A stretch of 64,000 bases of DNA from Lachnospiraceae bacterium (GTDB lineage Bacteria; Bacillota; Clostridia; Lachnospirales; Lachnospiraceae): the NCBI GenBank assembly GCA_009774395.1, contig VSNQ01000007.1, positions 3,301 through 67,300 on the forward strand, in the 5' to 3' direction. This document shows, one piece after another, positions 53,209 through 63,036 of this stretch. Position numbers and translations under genes: made by a program. The notes below the pieces were generated by a model, which worked only from the letters and a program-made list of their open reading frames with translations, ran no database searches and had not been told where the DNA came from. The number at the start of each line of letters is the position of its first letter. Positions within the stretch are counted from its first letter, which is position 1.

Positions 53209-53327
53209 TTCTTATGTACCTTGTGCAGTCTTCTTACGTCTTCTCAACATACTTACCTTGGATATATGTTTCTTATCATTCGCATACGTCTTATGAATTT
53301 ATCAAATATCAGATATAAGCTATATTA

Positions 53328-55334
53328 TTATCTCTTTAGATTTACAAGTTCCTCCAAAATGGAGTCAGAAACCGTAATAATACGGCTGTTTGCCTGGAAA
53401 CCTCTTTGTGTCGTAATCATATCCGTAAACTCTTGGGAAAGATCTACATTACTCATTTCAAGAACGCCGCTTGTCATATAATCGCCGTTGGCTGAAATAT
53501 CCACACCTACACCATTAAATCCGCCAGAGTTTGCTGTTGTAGAATAGCAGTTATCACCTTCGTTTTGAAGACCCATTGGGTTATCGAACATTGCTACTGC
53601 AATCTGCGCAATATCTCTCATTTGACCATTACTATAGTTAATTGTAACAGTACCATCTGTTCCGATGGATACGCCTGTTCTAGTACCAACCTTACGTCCA
53701 TCATCTCTCAAACCTTCCATTGTTGACTTTCCGCCGTTGTCTACATTGGTTGAGTTGGACATATCAAATGTAACATTGGAGAACTCACCACCAAGTGTAC
53801 TAAGATTTAATGTAAAGGATGTAGAACCTTCTGCACCTACATATCTAAGTTTACCATTATCTGTGTCATACTCAACTGCGAAACTCGTATCACCAATATT
53901 GCTAATATCTACTTCTGTTCCATCTGAGCTATCTGTCATGCCAAGAAGCGTTATTGTAAAGGAACCATCAATCACTGTGTCTTGTGTAATTTTTTCAGTT
54001 GTCGTGTACTGTGACTGCACTTTAGGCGAAGCATCCATCGAAAGAAGTTTTGCAATATCTTTATACTCTAGTGTCATTGCTTTCTTCGTTGTTCCATCTG
54101 CAGCAACACCTTGAAAATCGTATTGTGTTGGTGATCCATCCGAAAAAGCTTTATCAGTAACAAGCAAACCGCTTGCAACATCTGCCGATAATTTAAGCTC
54201 CGCTACCGGTGATGCAACAGCAGGAGGATTAGTAGCTCCATATAATAGTACAGCTGCTTCATTACTAATATTCACTACTCCACGAGATACAGTAGCTGCA
54301 CCATTTTCATCAAGACCATATGCTACAAAATTCATTTCACCTGAGAAATTAACTTTAATTTTTTGACCCTTTAAATTAGATGCCGTACCCAAATCCGTAA
54401 TTTTATAATCGGCTAAAAAAGTATCATTAATTTCAATCTCAACAAAATCTTTTGTTCCTGCTTTATGTGCCCTTGTTCTATAAGCTGGTGCAGGATCTGC
54501 TGTTGCTGCTTTATTTAAAGCATCAATCAATGCACTCGGTATACCAGATGATTTCAATTCATCCCCTGCCGCAGTAAAGAATGTCAATTCGGATGTATCC
54601 TCATACTTCAAAACAGGTGGTAATTGATATAACTTTTCTGTATTTGTTGTATCTTTTGAAGACTCTACCTTACTTGTATTCGGCTTAATCCCAAACTTCA
54701 AATTATACTCATAACCTCTTGCATCATATGTTTGTATATCTATTAATTTACCATTCGGATTCGAAAGCTGATCGTCATGCTTATCCAAAATACCATAAAT
54801 AGAAGCCGCTGTTGTTGATGCCGCATCAAATGTTGCATACTCCTCGCCCATAATATTAATAGGACGTACCGAGCTCTGTGCTATTGTTCCCGGATTATTT
54901 GGATCTTCAAGCCATCCCATTACCATATATCCTGTATTTGCCATACACAGATATCCTGCATTATCGACATTAAAGGAACCATCCTTTGTAAAATATGTAC
55001 TTGTACCATCATTTACAACAAAGAACGAATCCCCTTTAATCTTTAAGTCAAATGGATTACCCGTGGATTGCGAACCACCCGGTGTTGTAATGGAAGTATT
55101 AATTGCGCCTGTCTTAACGCCAAGACCAATCTGTCTTGGGTTGGTACCTGCTTTGCCAACGCCTACGTTCGATCCCGTAGCTGCCTGTGTTGTCTGATAA
55201 AGGATATCAGAAAACGCCATAGATTTTGACTTATAACCTGTTGTATTAACGTTTGCGATATTGTTACCGATAACGTCCATTCTTGTCTGGTGCGCTTTTA
55301 AGCCTGATACACCAGAAAAAAGTGCTCTCATCAT
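53328..55334 (-). CDS. flgE: Flagellar hook protein
   Basis: MMRALFSGVSGL..HQ..MDVIGNNIANVNT.GYK; LEMSNVDL..EFTDMITTQRGFQANSR. Confidence 0.95.
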   Translation of the reverse strand: MMRALFSGVSGLKAHQTRMDVIGNNIANVNTTGYKSKSMAFSDILYQTTQAATGSNVGVGKAGTNPRQIGLGVKTGAINTSITTPGGSQSTGNPFDLKIKGDSFFVVNDGTSTYFTKDGSFNVDNAGYLCMANTGYMVMGWLEDPNNPGTIAQSSVRPINIMGEEYATFDAASTTAASIYGILDKHDDQLSNPNGKLIDIQTYDARGYEYNLKFGIKPNTSKVESSKDTTNTEKLYQLPPVLKYEDTSELTFFTAAGDELKSSGIPSALIDALNKAATADPAPAYRTRAHKAGTKDFVEIEINDTFLADYKITDLGTASNLKGQKIKVNFSGEMNFVAYGLDENGAATVSRGVVNISNEAAVLLYGATNPPAVASPVAELKLSADVASGLLVTDKAFSDGSPTQYDFQGVAADGTTKKAMTLEYKDIAKLLSMDASPKVQSQYTTTEKITQDTVIDGSFTITLLGMTDSSDGTEVDISNIGDTSFAVEYDTDNGKLRYVGAEGSTSFTLNLSTLGGEFSNVTFDMSNSTNVDNGGKSTMEGLRDDGRKVGTRTGVSIGTDGTVTINYSNGQMRDIAQIAVAMFDNPMGLQNEGDNCYSTTANSGGFNGVGVDISANGDYMTSGVLEMSNVDLSQEFTDMITTQRGFQANSRIITVSDSILEELVNLKR

Positions 55335-55434
55335 AGTGAAGTGACCTCCTATACTTTTTTACGGTTCGCCGTGTCCGTAACCACCTTGTCTGTCATTCCA
55401 AGGTGCAAGCCTCCGATAAGGTCCGGCTTTTTAC

Positions 55435-55845
55435 TTACATTATCACGGCGCCATCAATATTTGTGAAAATATTTTCGTCAGTTTCTGTTTGATCCATTGC
55501 TGTTATTACGGTATTATTCTTGACATTCACAATAAAAGCCAATTGGTCAACAAGTACCAGCGATTCGCGGATACCCTTCTCTCCTGCTTTTTTTGTGCCG
55601 TCATGCAGCCTTTCCAGTTGTTCTTTAGTCAGCTCAATATTCCTGTCATTCAAGCGGTTCGACGCGTGTTTGGAAAATTTCAGTTCTTTCGCCTCAATCT
55701 CCTGTGCCTGCTGCTTGTGAAGAATTTCCTCGAAGCTTATTCCCTGTGTGGGTTTGCTGCTGGGAGCTGTCTTCTGCTGTTTTAAGTATTGATCCTGTAA
55801 CTGCTCAATGGAAAGGAATTGACTATTGCCTATATTCATATGCAT
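55435..55845 (-). CDS. Flagellar operon protein (TIGR02530-like)
   Basis: LKFSKHA..RL..RNI...KG..ESLV...NNTVITAMD...NIFTNIDGAV; lies between flgD and flgE. Confidence 0.85.
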   Translation of the reverse strand: MHMNIGNSQFLSIEQLQDQYLKQQKTAPSSKPTQGISFEEILHKQQAQEIEAKELKFSKHASNRLNDRNIELTKEQLERLHDGTKKAGEKGIRESLVLVDQLAFIVNVKNNTVITAMDQTETDENIFTNIDGAVIM

Positions 55846-55874
55846 TCCTCCTTACCATACATCCTGCTTCCTGC

Positions 55875-56717
55875 CTAAGCTTTCTCGGTTTTATCGCCGT
55901 TTCCTTCTTCTTCCTTGTCACCATCTTTATCACCGTCGCCTTCTTCGGTGTCTTCCGGCGGAGAAATTTTATTTAGCTTATCAAGGATCGCATTCATTTT
56001 GGTATTAAAACTTTCCAGAATCGTATCTAATGTTGTTTCCGGCTTAACTTCCGGCTTTTCGAATTTAATACCCATTTTTTCTAGCTGTGCAACACACAAA
56101 CCGAGTTTCGTAATCTCTTCAGCTGCATACGTCTTCATAAAGTTCTGCTGATAGCCTGTCATAGAATTAATCTGATCGTAAAGTTCTCTTACAACACCTT
56201 CATAATTCTTATTCAATACCTTAATTGACGGCAAAGCATTTACTTTTGCTGCCCATTCGCTGTAGATATCAAACGCATCTGAATATTCTTCACTGATTAC
56301 GCTGTCCAAATCGTCAAGGTTGTACTTATCACCATCAATAACCAAAATTGTCTTCCCGCTCTCAAGCATCATATATTCGACAAGTCCTCTCTTATATGAA
56401 ACTTCTCCGGTTGACTCGCTGGTCACTTTCATCATTACTTCCTTGCCAACCAAACTATTTCCACGCAACTGGTCAACAGTATTTGCCATTTCTGACATCT
56501 TTGTTACCTGTGTGAAAGTTGCATACTGCGATACCCACTCTGTATTGCTTGTCGGCTCTAAGGGGTCTTGGTTCTGCATTTCAGCAACCAATAAGGTTAA
56601 AAACATATCACTGTCAATTTCATTTTTGTTGTTACTTTTTTTGGTGAGTGAATCGCCGGAATCCGTCCTTGTCTGTAGTTCCCCATCCACTATCGGTGCT
56701 ACCAATCCGCTTGCCAT
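55875..56717 (-). CDS. flgD: Flagellar hook capping protein
   Basis: FLTLLVAEMQNQDPLEP...QYATF. Confidence 0.93.
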   Translation of the reverse strand: MASGLVAPIVDGELQTRTDSGDSLTKKSNNKNEIDSDMFLTLLVAEMQNQDPLEPTSNTEWVSQYATFTQVTKMSEMANTVDQLRGNSLVGKEVMMKVTSESTGEVSYKRGLVEYMMLESGKTILVIDGDKYNLDDLDSVISEEYSDAFDIYSEWAAKVNALPSIKVLNKNYEGVVRELYDQINSMTGYQQNFMKTYAAEEITKLGLCVAQLEKMGIKFEKPEVKPETTLDTILESFNTKMNAILDKLNKISPPEDTEEGDGDKDGDKEEEGNGDKTEKA

Positions 56718-56748
56718 AGTTTACACCACTCCTTTCAAATCCATTTGA

Positions 56749-58248
56749 TTATGCAAGTAAATCCATTGAATTTCCGTGCATTGCCATCATTTCCATTGCG
56801 ATGCGTGTCGCGTCGTCTGCGCCCTGCATTTCCTCTAAGATATCGTCACCGTCCTCAAAGGAATGGAAATTAATGTTGTTTCTGCGCATTCCCTGAATGC
56901 GGTTTGTTTTCTGCTCCTGTTCGCTTTGCTGCTGTCCTTGGCTATTATCTCCCTCCAGATTTTTCTCCATCTGATGACTTGCCACAGACACCTCAATGGC
57001 CTCAATCTTAATGCCCTGCTCCTCAAGGTTTGCACGTAGCTGAACTGCCTGTGCTTCTACAGCATTTTTTACTGCTTCATTCTGTGTAATAAATTCTGCT
57101 GTAACAACGCCGCCTTTTGAAGCTAATGATACGTTGACTGTACCAAGGCTTGCCGGATGTAGCTGCATCTCCATCTGTGTTAAGTCTTCGCTCTTTGCAA
57201 TCTTTACAAGGTTTGCCAACTGCCGCATAATGCTTTCCGTATCCATGGAAGTGTAACTCTCCACTTTTGTTTCCGCTGCTGCTTCTGACAATTCATTTAA
57301 GTTATTCTGCATATTTTGTGCAAAATTATTGGGCTGATGCCCGCTGTTTTTTGTGTCAGAATGCGCCTGTTTTTCCTCTGCGGATTTGTCTGTCTGTACT
57401 TGTGTTTCCGTCTGTGTCCCGTTATTGGCATTATCCTGTGTGGACTGCTCCAACTGATTACTGGGTTTTGCGGACTCTGTCTTTGTCTTATCTTCGACAA
57501 TCACCGTCGTTTCTGCTGATTCTGCGGCTTTTGTATCCGTCATATCCATATCTTCTGCGGGATTATTAAGCATTTCCAATGCTTTATTGGGTATTTGCGT
57601 CCCCGTTTCGTCACCAGCTTCGATTCCCTGTAATTCTTGCAGTTTCTGCAATATCAGATCAAGTTCTTCACTGGTTAATCCTGTTTCTTCTGTCAGGCTC
57701 TGCAATTGATTCTCTACACTCCCAATCATTTCCTGCAAGGAAGCATATAAGTCTTCATTTGCCACTATGCCAATAGAATCTTCTCCTGTAATCGCTGACA
57801 AAAGCTGTGCCATATTCTGCGGATTTAACAAATCCATTGGCTGCATATCAGCGCTCTCCAATCCAATCCGAAGTTCCTCATCCGTTATACCAAGGATTTC
57901 TTTCAACTGCTCGATTAACTGCATTAAAGCATCTGCAACTTTTTGTGCGGTTTCCTCGTCAACAGTTTCCTCAGCCTGCACCTCTTTGGTTTCCTGCGGC
58001 TTCTCGGTATTTTGAACCTCTTTTGTTTCCGCTGCCTTATCTTGCGCGGCAGTATTACTTTCGCTTACTGTCTTATTATCTGTGCTGGAAGTTTTAGGCT
58101 GTTCGGTTTTAGGCTGCTCCATCTTCTGACTTGCTTTGTCTAATACATCGCCAAAACTGGAACTGCTTGCCGCCGCTCTCTGTCCCTGCACGGACGCTGA
58201 AACTTTATCTGGTGTAAAGACCATACTGCTTACGGTCATATTTGTCAT
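56749..58248 (-). CDS. fliK: Flagellar hook-length control protein
   Basis: Low-complexity body; C-terminal QLHPASLGTVNV...L...L.EQG. Confidence 0.88.
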   Translation of the reverse strand: MTNMTVSSMVFTPDKVSASVQGQRAAASSSSFGDVLDKASQKMEQPKTEQPKTSSTDNKTVSESNTAAQDKAAETKEVQNTEKPQETKEVQAEETVDEETAQKVADALMQLIEQLKEILGITDEELRIGLESADMQPMDLLNPQNMAQLLSAITGEDSIGIVANEDLYASLQEMIGSVENQLQSLTEETGLTSEELDLILQKLQELQGIEAGDETGTQIPNKALEMLNNPAEDMDMTDTKAAESAETTVIVEDKTKTESAKPSNQLEQSTQDNANNGTQTETQVQTDKSAEEKQAHSDTKNSGHQPNNFAQNMQNNLNELSEAAAETKVESYTSMDTESIMRQLANLVKIAKSEDLTQMEMQLHPASLGTVNVSLASKGGVVTAEFITQNEAVKNAVEAQAVQLRANLEEQGIKIEAIEVSVASHQMEKNLEGDNSQGQQQSEQEQKTNRIQGMRRNNINFHSFEDGDDILEEMQGADDATRIAMEMMAMHGNSMDLLA

Positions 58249-58401
58249 TCATCACTCCTCCTCTCTGCAAATTATGGAATTATCAATGTACATCTATAAT
58301 ATATTCCTCATAGATTTACGAGAAATACACTATCAAAAATTATAGTAAAATTTAGGGAATACTTTCCCACAAAAATTATATCGGAAACTTTACATAAAAA
58401 G

Positions 58402-59277
58402 TTAAGAGTTCGGCTTCATAATCTTTGTAATTCTTGCAGCAACTGCCGGCTCCATTTTTCCCATAATCTCTCCACGTTTTGCCGAACTTAACGTTTCAAG
58501 AATATCTGCTGCCAAATCAAGGCTGTCTGTCATTGCGTTAAGAATTTTTGCCGCTTCCTCTGCATCCATATTGCTGAACGTTGCAGCGTAATCCTGCATT
58601 TGCTTATCAACTGCTTCACTCTGTATTACTTGTTTATAAAGGGCTTCTGCCGTTGTCGGATCCATCTCTTCAAAGTACGCACGGTACTCATCTGCCCCCG
58701 GCCCGTTCTCTGCATAAACCACTTCCTCATAAAACTGCTCTTTAATACTCTGGAATTTAAGCTGATTGTCCTCAAATGTTTTTAAGCGTTCCACCTCTGC
58801 CTTTAACGCCTCGATCTGCTCAGAATATGTCGCATTGGTGTTCTGCGTCTGCTCTAACTGCGATTCCAGCTTGTGAATCTCTTCCACGGCTTCCTTGAGA
58901 TTGCTGTAGCCGCCGTATTCCTGCTGACCGCCCGATCCTGCGGATTCTGACGGCAAAATTTTATTGACAAGCGGCACATCCTTTAATATCGGAGTCAATA
59001 CATTTGACCCAAATCCGCCTACATCCATCTTAATCAGCAAGCCCAGAATACCCAGCCAGATTGCAATAATAAAAACAGTCACTACCACTACAGAAGCGTT
59101 TGTGCCGTCTATCTGCTCATCTAACTCCCGTTCTTGATCTTCAAGTTCTTTTGCCCGCTTTTTTGCTTCTTTTTTCTGGTTTTTCTGCTCTTTCTTTAAC
59201 TGTTTTTGATTTTCTCTTAACTGTTTTAACTGCATTTCCGGTGCGTCAGGGCTTAAATTCTCATCCTTACGTGCCAT
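58402..59277 (-). CDS. YlxF/MotE-like flagellar protein (MgtE-N-like C-terminus)
   Basis: TM helix, coiled coil, MDAEEAAKIL...IMGKMEPAVAA; lies between fliJ and fliK. Confidence 0.75.
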   Translation of the reverse strand: MARKDENLSPDAPEMQLKQLRENQKQLKKEQKNQKKEAKKRAKELEDQERELDEQIDGTNASVVVVTVFIIAIWLGILGLLIKMDVGGFGSNVLTPILKDVPLVNKILPSESAGSGGQQEYGGYSNLKEAVEEIHKLESQLEQTQNTNATYSEQIEALKAEVERLKTFEDNQLKFQSIKEQFYEEVVYAENGPGADEYRAYFEEMDPTTAEALYKQVIQSEAVDKQMQDYAATFSNMDAEEAAKILNAMTDSLDLAADILETLSSAKRGEIMGKMEPAVAARITKIMKPNS

Positions 59278-59749
59278 GTCTAAACTCCTCCATTAATTTC
59301 TGACCTTGCAGCTTCTGGCCATGCGTATAGGTCGTTAACTCATCAATCGCCCTGCTTTCCGCAGCCTGCTCCTCTTTTAAGAAGTCTTGGAAGGCGTTTT
59401 CTTTGAGTTTCTCATGCGCTTTCCGCTCCTGCATTACTTCTTGGAGCGCAGCCCGCGCTTTCTCTACTGCGGCTGCCGCCTTATTGACTTCCTTTCGCTG
59501 TTCCCTGATAAATTCGTCCATTTGCAGGACTGCCATTTTGTTTTCACGGATTTTTCTTACGTCAATTAACTCCATACGGAGTTTCACGCCCTCCATCATA
59601 TAGTAATCACGGCGTTTTTGCAGTTCACTCAGCTTTTGTTTCTCGGCTTCCAAGCGCATATTCGCTTCTGCAAACTCCTGTTTTGCCTTATCTTCAAGCT
59701 TTTCCTTAATATCAAGGATTCCCTGCATTTTATATCGGAAAACTGCCAT
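59267..59749 (-). CDS. fliJ: Flagellar export protein
   Basis: FRYKMQGILDIKEKLE...ERKAHEKLKE...IDE; follows fliI. Confidence 0.9.
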   Translation of the reverse strand: MAVFRYKMQGILDIKEKLEDKAKQEFAEANMRLEAEKQKLSELQKRRDYYMMEGVKLRMELIDVRKIRENKMAVLQMDEFIREQRKEVNKAAAAVEKARAALQEVMQERKAHEKLKENAFQDFLKEEQAAESRAIDELTTYTHGQKLQGQKLMEEFRHGT

Positions 59750-59763
59750 TCGTCAATCCCTCT

Positions 59764-61089
59764 TTATTCCTGAAACAGATTCTCTAACAGTTCCACGGTT
59801 TCCTCAAAGGTAAACTTCTCGTCCGTGTCCTGCAAAAGATATTCATTTACATCATCAATTTTATTAATCGCCCTGTCAATGCTTGGGTTACTACCGCGTT
59901 TATATGCGCCGATATTAATTAAATCCTCCGCTTCATTATATGTTGCCATAATATTTTTGAGCTTGCCTGCCGCTGTTTTATGTTCCTTAGACGCTACCAT
60001 CGACATACATCTTGAAATGCTTTGTAGTACATCTACTGCGGGGTAATGGTTTCTGTTAGCTAACTTTCTTGTCAGCATAATATGCCCATCCAAAATACTT
60101 CTTGCGGTATCCGTAATCGGTTCATTAAAATCTTCACCTTCCACAAGTACCGTATAAAGTCCTGTAATAGAACCATGTTCTGCACAGCCGGCGCGCTCTA
60201 AGAGTTTTGGCATTTCCGAATAAACACTAGGCGGATAGCCACGTGTTACAGGCGGTTCGCCGCTGGCAAGACCTATTTCTCTTTGTGCCATTGAAAAACG
60301 GGTTAAGGAATCCATCATTAACAGTACATCTCTGCCTTGATCGCGGAAATATTCTGCAATAGCGGTTGCTGTCTTTGCCGCTCTGTTTCGTTCCAGCGCG
60401 GGTCTATCTGAGGTTGCAACCACAACAATAGAACGGCGCATACCCTCCTCACCTAAATCACGTTCAATAAATTCACGCACTTCCCTGCCGCGCTCGCCAA
60501 TCAGCGCAATCACATTGATATCCGCCTTTGTATTCCTTGCAAACATCCCCATTAATGTTGATTTACCAACACCTGAACCTGCAAATATCCCAATACGCTG
60601 TCCTTTTCCTACAGTAATTAAACCATCTACCGCCTTTACACCAAGCGGAAGCACTTCACTGATAATCGTTCTGCTCATAGGGTCAGGCGGAGGTGCCTCC
60701 AACGGATAGCGCTTCGAAGTATGTGGATCAGGAACAAAGCCATCAATACATCTGCCAAGCCCATCAAGCGTTTTCCCCAGCAGACAATCGCCTACGGAAA
60801 CGCTTAATGGATAATTCATATTTTCAACAATGCAGCCAGAACCAATGCCCTCTGTTTCCTCATAAGGCATCAGCAGCGTTTTGCGGTCTTTAAAGCCAAC
60901 AACTTCTGCCATTATACCATGCTTTTTCTCCGCATCCGTATAAATCTGACACAAATCACCCATTTTAGCATCCGGTCCAACGGATTCAATGGTTAGTCCG
61001 ACAACATTTTCTACTTTGCCAAGCTTTTTGAAGTAAGATTTATTTAATACCGTTAGATATTTGTCAAAGTCAATCCCTGTTTCCATCAC
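59764..61089 (-). CDS. fliI: Flagellar export ATPase
   Basis: GQRIGIFAGSGVGKST, GERGRE, MDSLTRF. Confidence 0.97.
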   Translation of the reverse strand: MMETGIDFDKYLTVLNKSYFKKLGKVENVVGLTIESVGPDAKMGDLCQIYTDAEKKHGIMAEVVGFKDRKTLLMPYEETEGIGSGCIVENMNYPLSVSVGDCLLGKTLDGLGRCIDGFVPDPHTSKRYPLEAPPPDPMSRTIISEVLPLGVKAVDGLITVGKGQRIGIFAGSGVGKSTLMGMFARNTKADINVIALIGERGREVREFIERDLGEEGMRRSIVVVATSDRPALERNRAAKTATAIAEYFRDQGRDVLLMMDSLTRFSMAQREIGLASGEPPVTRGYPPSVYSEMPKLLERAGCAEHGSITGLYTVLVEGEDFNEPITDTARSILDGHIMLTRKLANRNHYPAVDVLQSISRCMSMVASKEHKTAAGKLKNIMATYNEAEDLINIGAYKRGSNPSIDRAINKIDDVNEYLLQDTDEKFTFEETVELLENLFQE

Positions 61090-62027
61090 TAGCCTCCATA
61101 GGACAGCAGCCGTAGTTCTTCATTCAATGCTTCTAGCTGCGTTCCTAAGCTACAGTCAAAGACACCGCTGCCGGTTTCAATCATACACTCATTTTTGGCA
61201 AGCGTTGCATCTTCAATCAATTCCACATCATCAAGAGAAATATTTGTGTTCTTGACAAGTTCTTTTTTCTGCATACTTGCAAATGGATAGTCCTCTTTAG
61301 ACACATGAACAAGATAACCATTACTGCTTTCGATATTGCGCATAGTATTTTGTATCAGATAAACAATTAACTCACGCGAATTTCTAAGGCTGACATGGAA
61401 AATATGCTCATAAATTCCTGTCAAAGTATCAATAAATTTCGGTTCCAGTTCACTGAGTTTCTGCTCGTACTCGCTTTCAATTGCTGCAATCTGCTCATTT
61501 GCCTGCGCATATACCTGTTCGCGCTCACTTGCCACGCTGTCAAGCCCTTCTTGATGTCCCTGCTGAAATCCCTCCTGCTTGCCGATTTCAAGTCCTTCCT
61601 GATAGCCGATATCTTTCCCTTCTGCTATCGCCTGTTCTCTTGCCTGCTGAATCTCTGCAATGGCTTCCTCTTTCATTGCTTCAATCTGCGCCTGCGCTTC
61701 AGCAATTAATTCCTCATGTGGAAGAGTTTCAGGCTGATCTGGCTGAAACTGCGCCGAATTATAGTCCATATCCAGCGGCTCTTCCATTGCTTCTTGACCA
61801 CCGCCGATTACATTCGCCTCACCGCGCATTAACTCCGATACCTGTACCGCATTAATTCCCTGCGTAAAGCCCTCCACAAATTCATCCGGCTCCTCGCCGC
61901 ACTGTTCTGCAAGCTTCACAGCCATTTGTCTTAGTTTCAATTCTGCAAGTGCGTTCGTGTCAATCACTCTTGTATCGGCTGGGTCAACAATGACCCAGTT
62001 CGATTTTAATACACTACTCCTAGACAA
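61089..62027 (-). CDS. fliH: Flagellar assembly protein
   Basis: GxxxG repeats (GYQEG..GKQEG); lies between fliG and fliI. Confidence 0.88.
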   Translation of the reverse strand: MSRSSVLKSNWVIVDPADTRVIDTNALAELKLRQMAVKLAEQCGEEPDEFVEGFTQGINAVQVSELMRGEANVIGGGQEAMEEPLDMDYNSAQFQPDQPETLPHEELIAEAQAQIEAMKEEAIAEIQQAREQAIAEGKDIGYQEGLEIGKQEGFQQGHQEGLDSVASEREQVYAQANEQIAAIESEYEQKLSELEPKFIDTLTGIYEHIFHVSLRNSRELIVYLIQNTMRNIESSNGYLVHVSKEDYPFASMQKKELVKNTNISLDDVELIEDATLAKNECMIETGSGVFDCSLGTQLEALNEELRLLSYGG

Positions 62028-63030
62028 CTATCTCGTCACCTCCGCCTCTGGAAATAACAATCTCACCAGAATCCTCAAGTTTCCTGATAATATTAACAAT
62101 TTTCTGCTGTGCTTCTTCTACATCCTTCATTCGAACAGGCCCCATAAATTCCATATCCTCTCGAATCATTTCAGCCAAACGCTTTGACATATTGCCAAAG
62201 ATCGCATTTTGTACTTCCTCTGTAGAACCTTTGCAGGCAATCGCAAGGTCATTGTTATCCACATCTCTAAGCACACGCTGAATCGATCTGTCGTCGAGCA
62301 GAAGGATATCTTCGAATACGAACATTTTCTTCCTGATTTCGTCGGCAAGTTCCGGTTCTTCGACTTCGAGTGTTTCCATAATATGCTTCTCTGTTCCACG
62401 GTCTACTGTATTTAAGATTTCGACTACTGCATCTACGCCGCCGATAATCGTGTAATCCTGATTGACCAGCGAAGATAATTTTGATTCCAATACACGTTCT
62501 ACTTCCTTAATAACATCAGGGCTTGTGCGATCCATTGTAGCGATACGTCTTGCAACATCCGCCTGTTTCTCAGGCGCCAGTGCGCTTAAAATTACCGCTG
62601 ACTGTCCAGATGACAAATACGATAAAATCAATGCTATCGTTTGTGGGTGCTCGTCCTGTATAAAGTTTAATAATTGTGATGCATCAGTTTTCTTTACAAA
62701 CTCGAATGGTTTTACTTGTAAAGATGCAGTTAGTTTACCGATAACATCCAGCGCCTTATCGGTGCCAAGCGCTTTTTCCAAAAGCTCTTTGGCATACCCG
62801 ATACCACCCTCTGCTATGTACTGTTGTGCTAAACACACTTCATAAAACTCGTTAATTACTTTTTCCTTTATCTGGGGTGTGACACTTTTGGTATTTGCAA
62901 TTTCCAGTGTCAAATCTTCAATCTCATCCTCTTTCAGATGCCGGAATATCATGGAAGACTTTTCGGGTCCGAGCGCAATCAGCAATATTGCCGCTTTCTG
63001 TATCCCCTTTAATTCTTCTTTCTCTGCCAT
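62020..63030 (-). CDS. fliG: Flagellar motor switch protein
   Basis: QKAAILL, EHPQTIALILSYL, MFVFEDI, GPVRMKDVEEAQ. Confidence 0.97.
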   Translation of the reverse strand: MAEKEELKGIQKAAILLIALGPEKSSMIFRHLKEDEIEDLTLEIANTKSVTPQIKEKVINEFYEVCLAQQYIAEGGIGYAKELLEKALGTDKALDVIGKLTASLQVKPFEFVKKTDASQLLNFIQDEHPQTIALILSYLSSGQSAVILSALAPEKQADVARRIATMDRTSPDVIKEVERVLESKLSSLVNQDYTIIGGVDAVVEILNTVDRGTEKHIMETLEVEEPELADEIRKKMFVFEDILLLDDRSIQRVLRDVDNNDLAIACKGSTEEVQNAIFGNMSKRLAEMIREDMEFMGPVRMKDVEEAQQKIVNIIRKLEDSGEIVISRGGGDEIVV

Positions 63031-63036
63031 TGTTGA

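Noticed and set aside
53328..55334. Long FlgE as a novelty
   Set aside because: Large variable central domains are common in hook proteins
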